Assembly (NCBI GenBank): GCA_903825275.1
Contig: CAIKAA010000499.1
Span: 1-48,756, forward strand
Reading direction: 5' to 3'
Source: an uncultured Fibrobacterota bacterium
Lineage (GTDB): Bacteria > Fibrobacterota > Fibrobacteria > UBA5070
DNA: 48,756 bases
The notes under the pieces were generated by a model, which worked only from the letters and a program-made list of their open reading frames with translations, was not told where the DNA came from and searched no databases. How positions within the stretch are numbered: position 1 is the stretch's first letter; every line of letters starts with the position of its first letter. Positions 48,661 to 48,756 of the stretch are shown piece after piece. Both the position numbers and the translations under genes were made by a program.

Positions 48661-48756
48661 ATGCGCGTCCTTCTTTTGACCAACGAATACCCTCCCAACG
48701 TCGATGGCGGAGCGGGAGTCCACATCCAACACCTAAGCCGCGAGCTGTCTCGCCTA
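48661..48756 (+). CDS. Glycosyltransferase family 4 (5' fragment, runs off the window)
   Basis: Not in the ORF track because it is under 60 aa. ATG 48661 translates to 'MRVLLLTNEYPPNVDGGAGVHIQHLSRELSRL', the typical GT4 N-terminal E-Y-P-P-x-x-G-G-x-G pattern. Confidence 0.55.
   Translation, partial: MRVLLLTNEYPPNVDGGAGVHIQHLSRELSRL

Noticed and set aside
1-48756. Prophage, integrative element, or tRNA/rRNA genes.
   Set aside because: I saw no integrase, transposase or phage structural motifs in any translated frame. I found no tRNA-like T-arm/acceptor pattern in the intergenic regions I inspected by eye. No att-like direct repeats flank any block.

Overview
This is a 48,756-bp, moderately GC-rich bacterial chromosomal segment. 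I saw no rRNA, tRNA, CRISPR, integrase or transposase genes. All product calls rest on motifs readable in the supplied translations and DNA; no searches were run.

Layout, left to right:
(1) 1-5811 (+): a translationally coupled T2SS/type-IV-pilus-like operon. It holds a 5'-truncated secretin, three single-TM assembly proteins, a PilX_N/GspK-like protein and two prepilin-type pseudopilins, joined by five ATGA stop/start overlaps.
(2) 5896-6135: an unusual 21-bp tandem array with a 63-bp higher order. The unit arms are self-complementary and many predicted loops display GGA.
(3) 6287-19668 (+): two tandem, overlapping (TGATG) paralogous giant genes of 2382 and 2077 aa. Each has a divergent GH9-like catalytic domain, FN3, CBM3-like, Ig-like and DxDGDG modules, and a FlgD-Ig/T9SS-CTD-like tail.
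(4) 19725-24374 (+): a MoxR, DUF58, transglutaminase and HTH/PAS operon.
(5) 24381-30628: dprA and an ftsB-like gene (-), a secreted Arg/Glu-rich protein, an unknown 618-aa enzyme coupled to a small PD-(D/E)xK protein, and glgA (-).
(6) 30687-34404 (+): a second minor-pilin set (FimT/PilV/PilW/PilX-like).
(7) 34445-34856: three tandem copies of a repeat of about 130 bp with terminal inverted repeats.
(8) 34995-40430: motAB, a small HTH gene (-), hisE-hisG, plsC, and a small OM-barrel-like gene.
(9) 40507-48478 (-): a flagellar operon, flgB-flgC-orf66-fliE-fliF-fliG-fliH-fliI-fliJ. It ends in a translationally coupled FISUMP-domain secreted protein.
(10) 48661-48756 (+): the 5' fragment of a GT4 glycosyltransferase.

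The best candidate for an undescribed system is the block 1-19668, combining the non-canonical secretin/pseudopilin operon, the GGA-hairpin repeat array and the two giant GH9-like surface proteins. Gene content suggests a flagellated FCB-superphylum (Fibrobacterota-like) organism. That lineage call is inference only.
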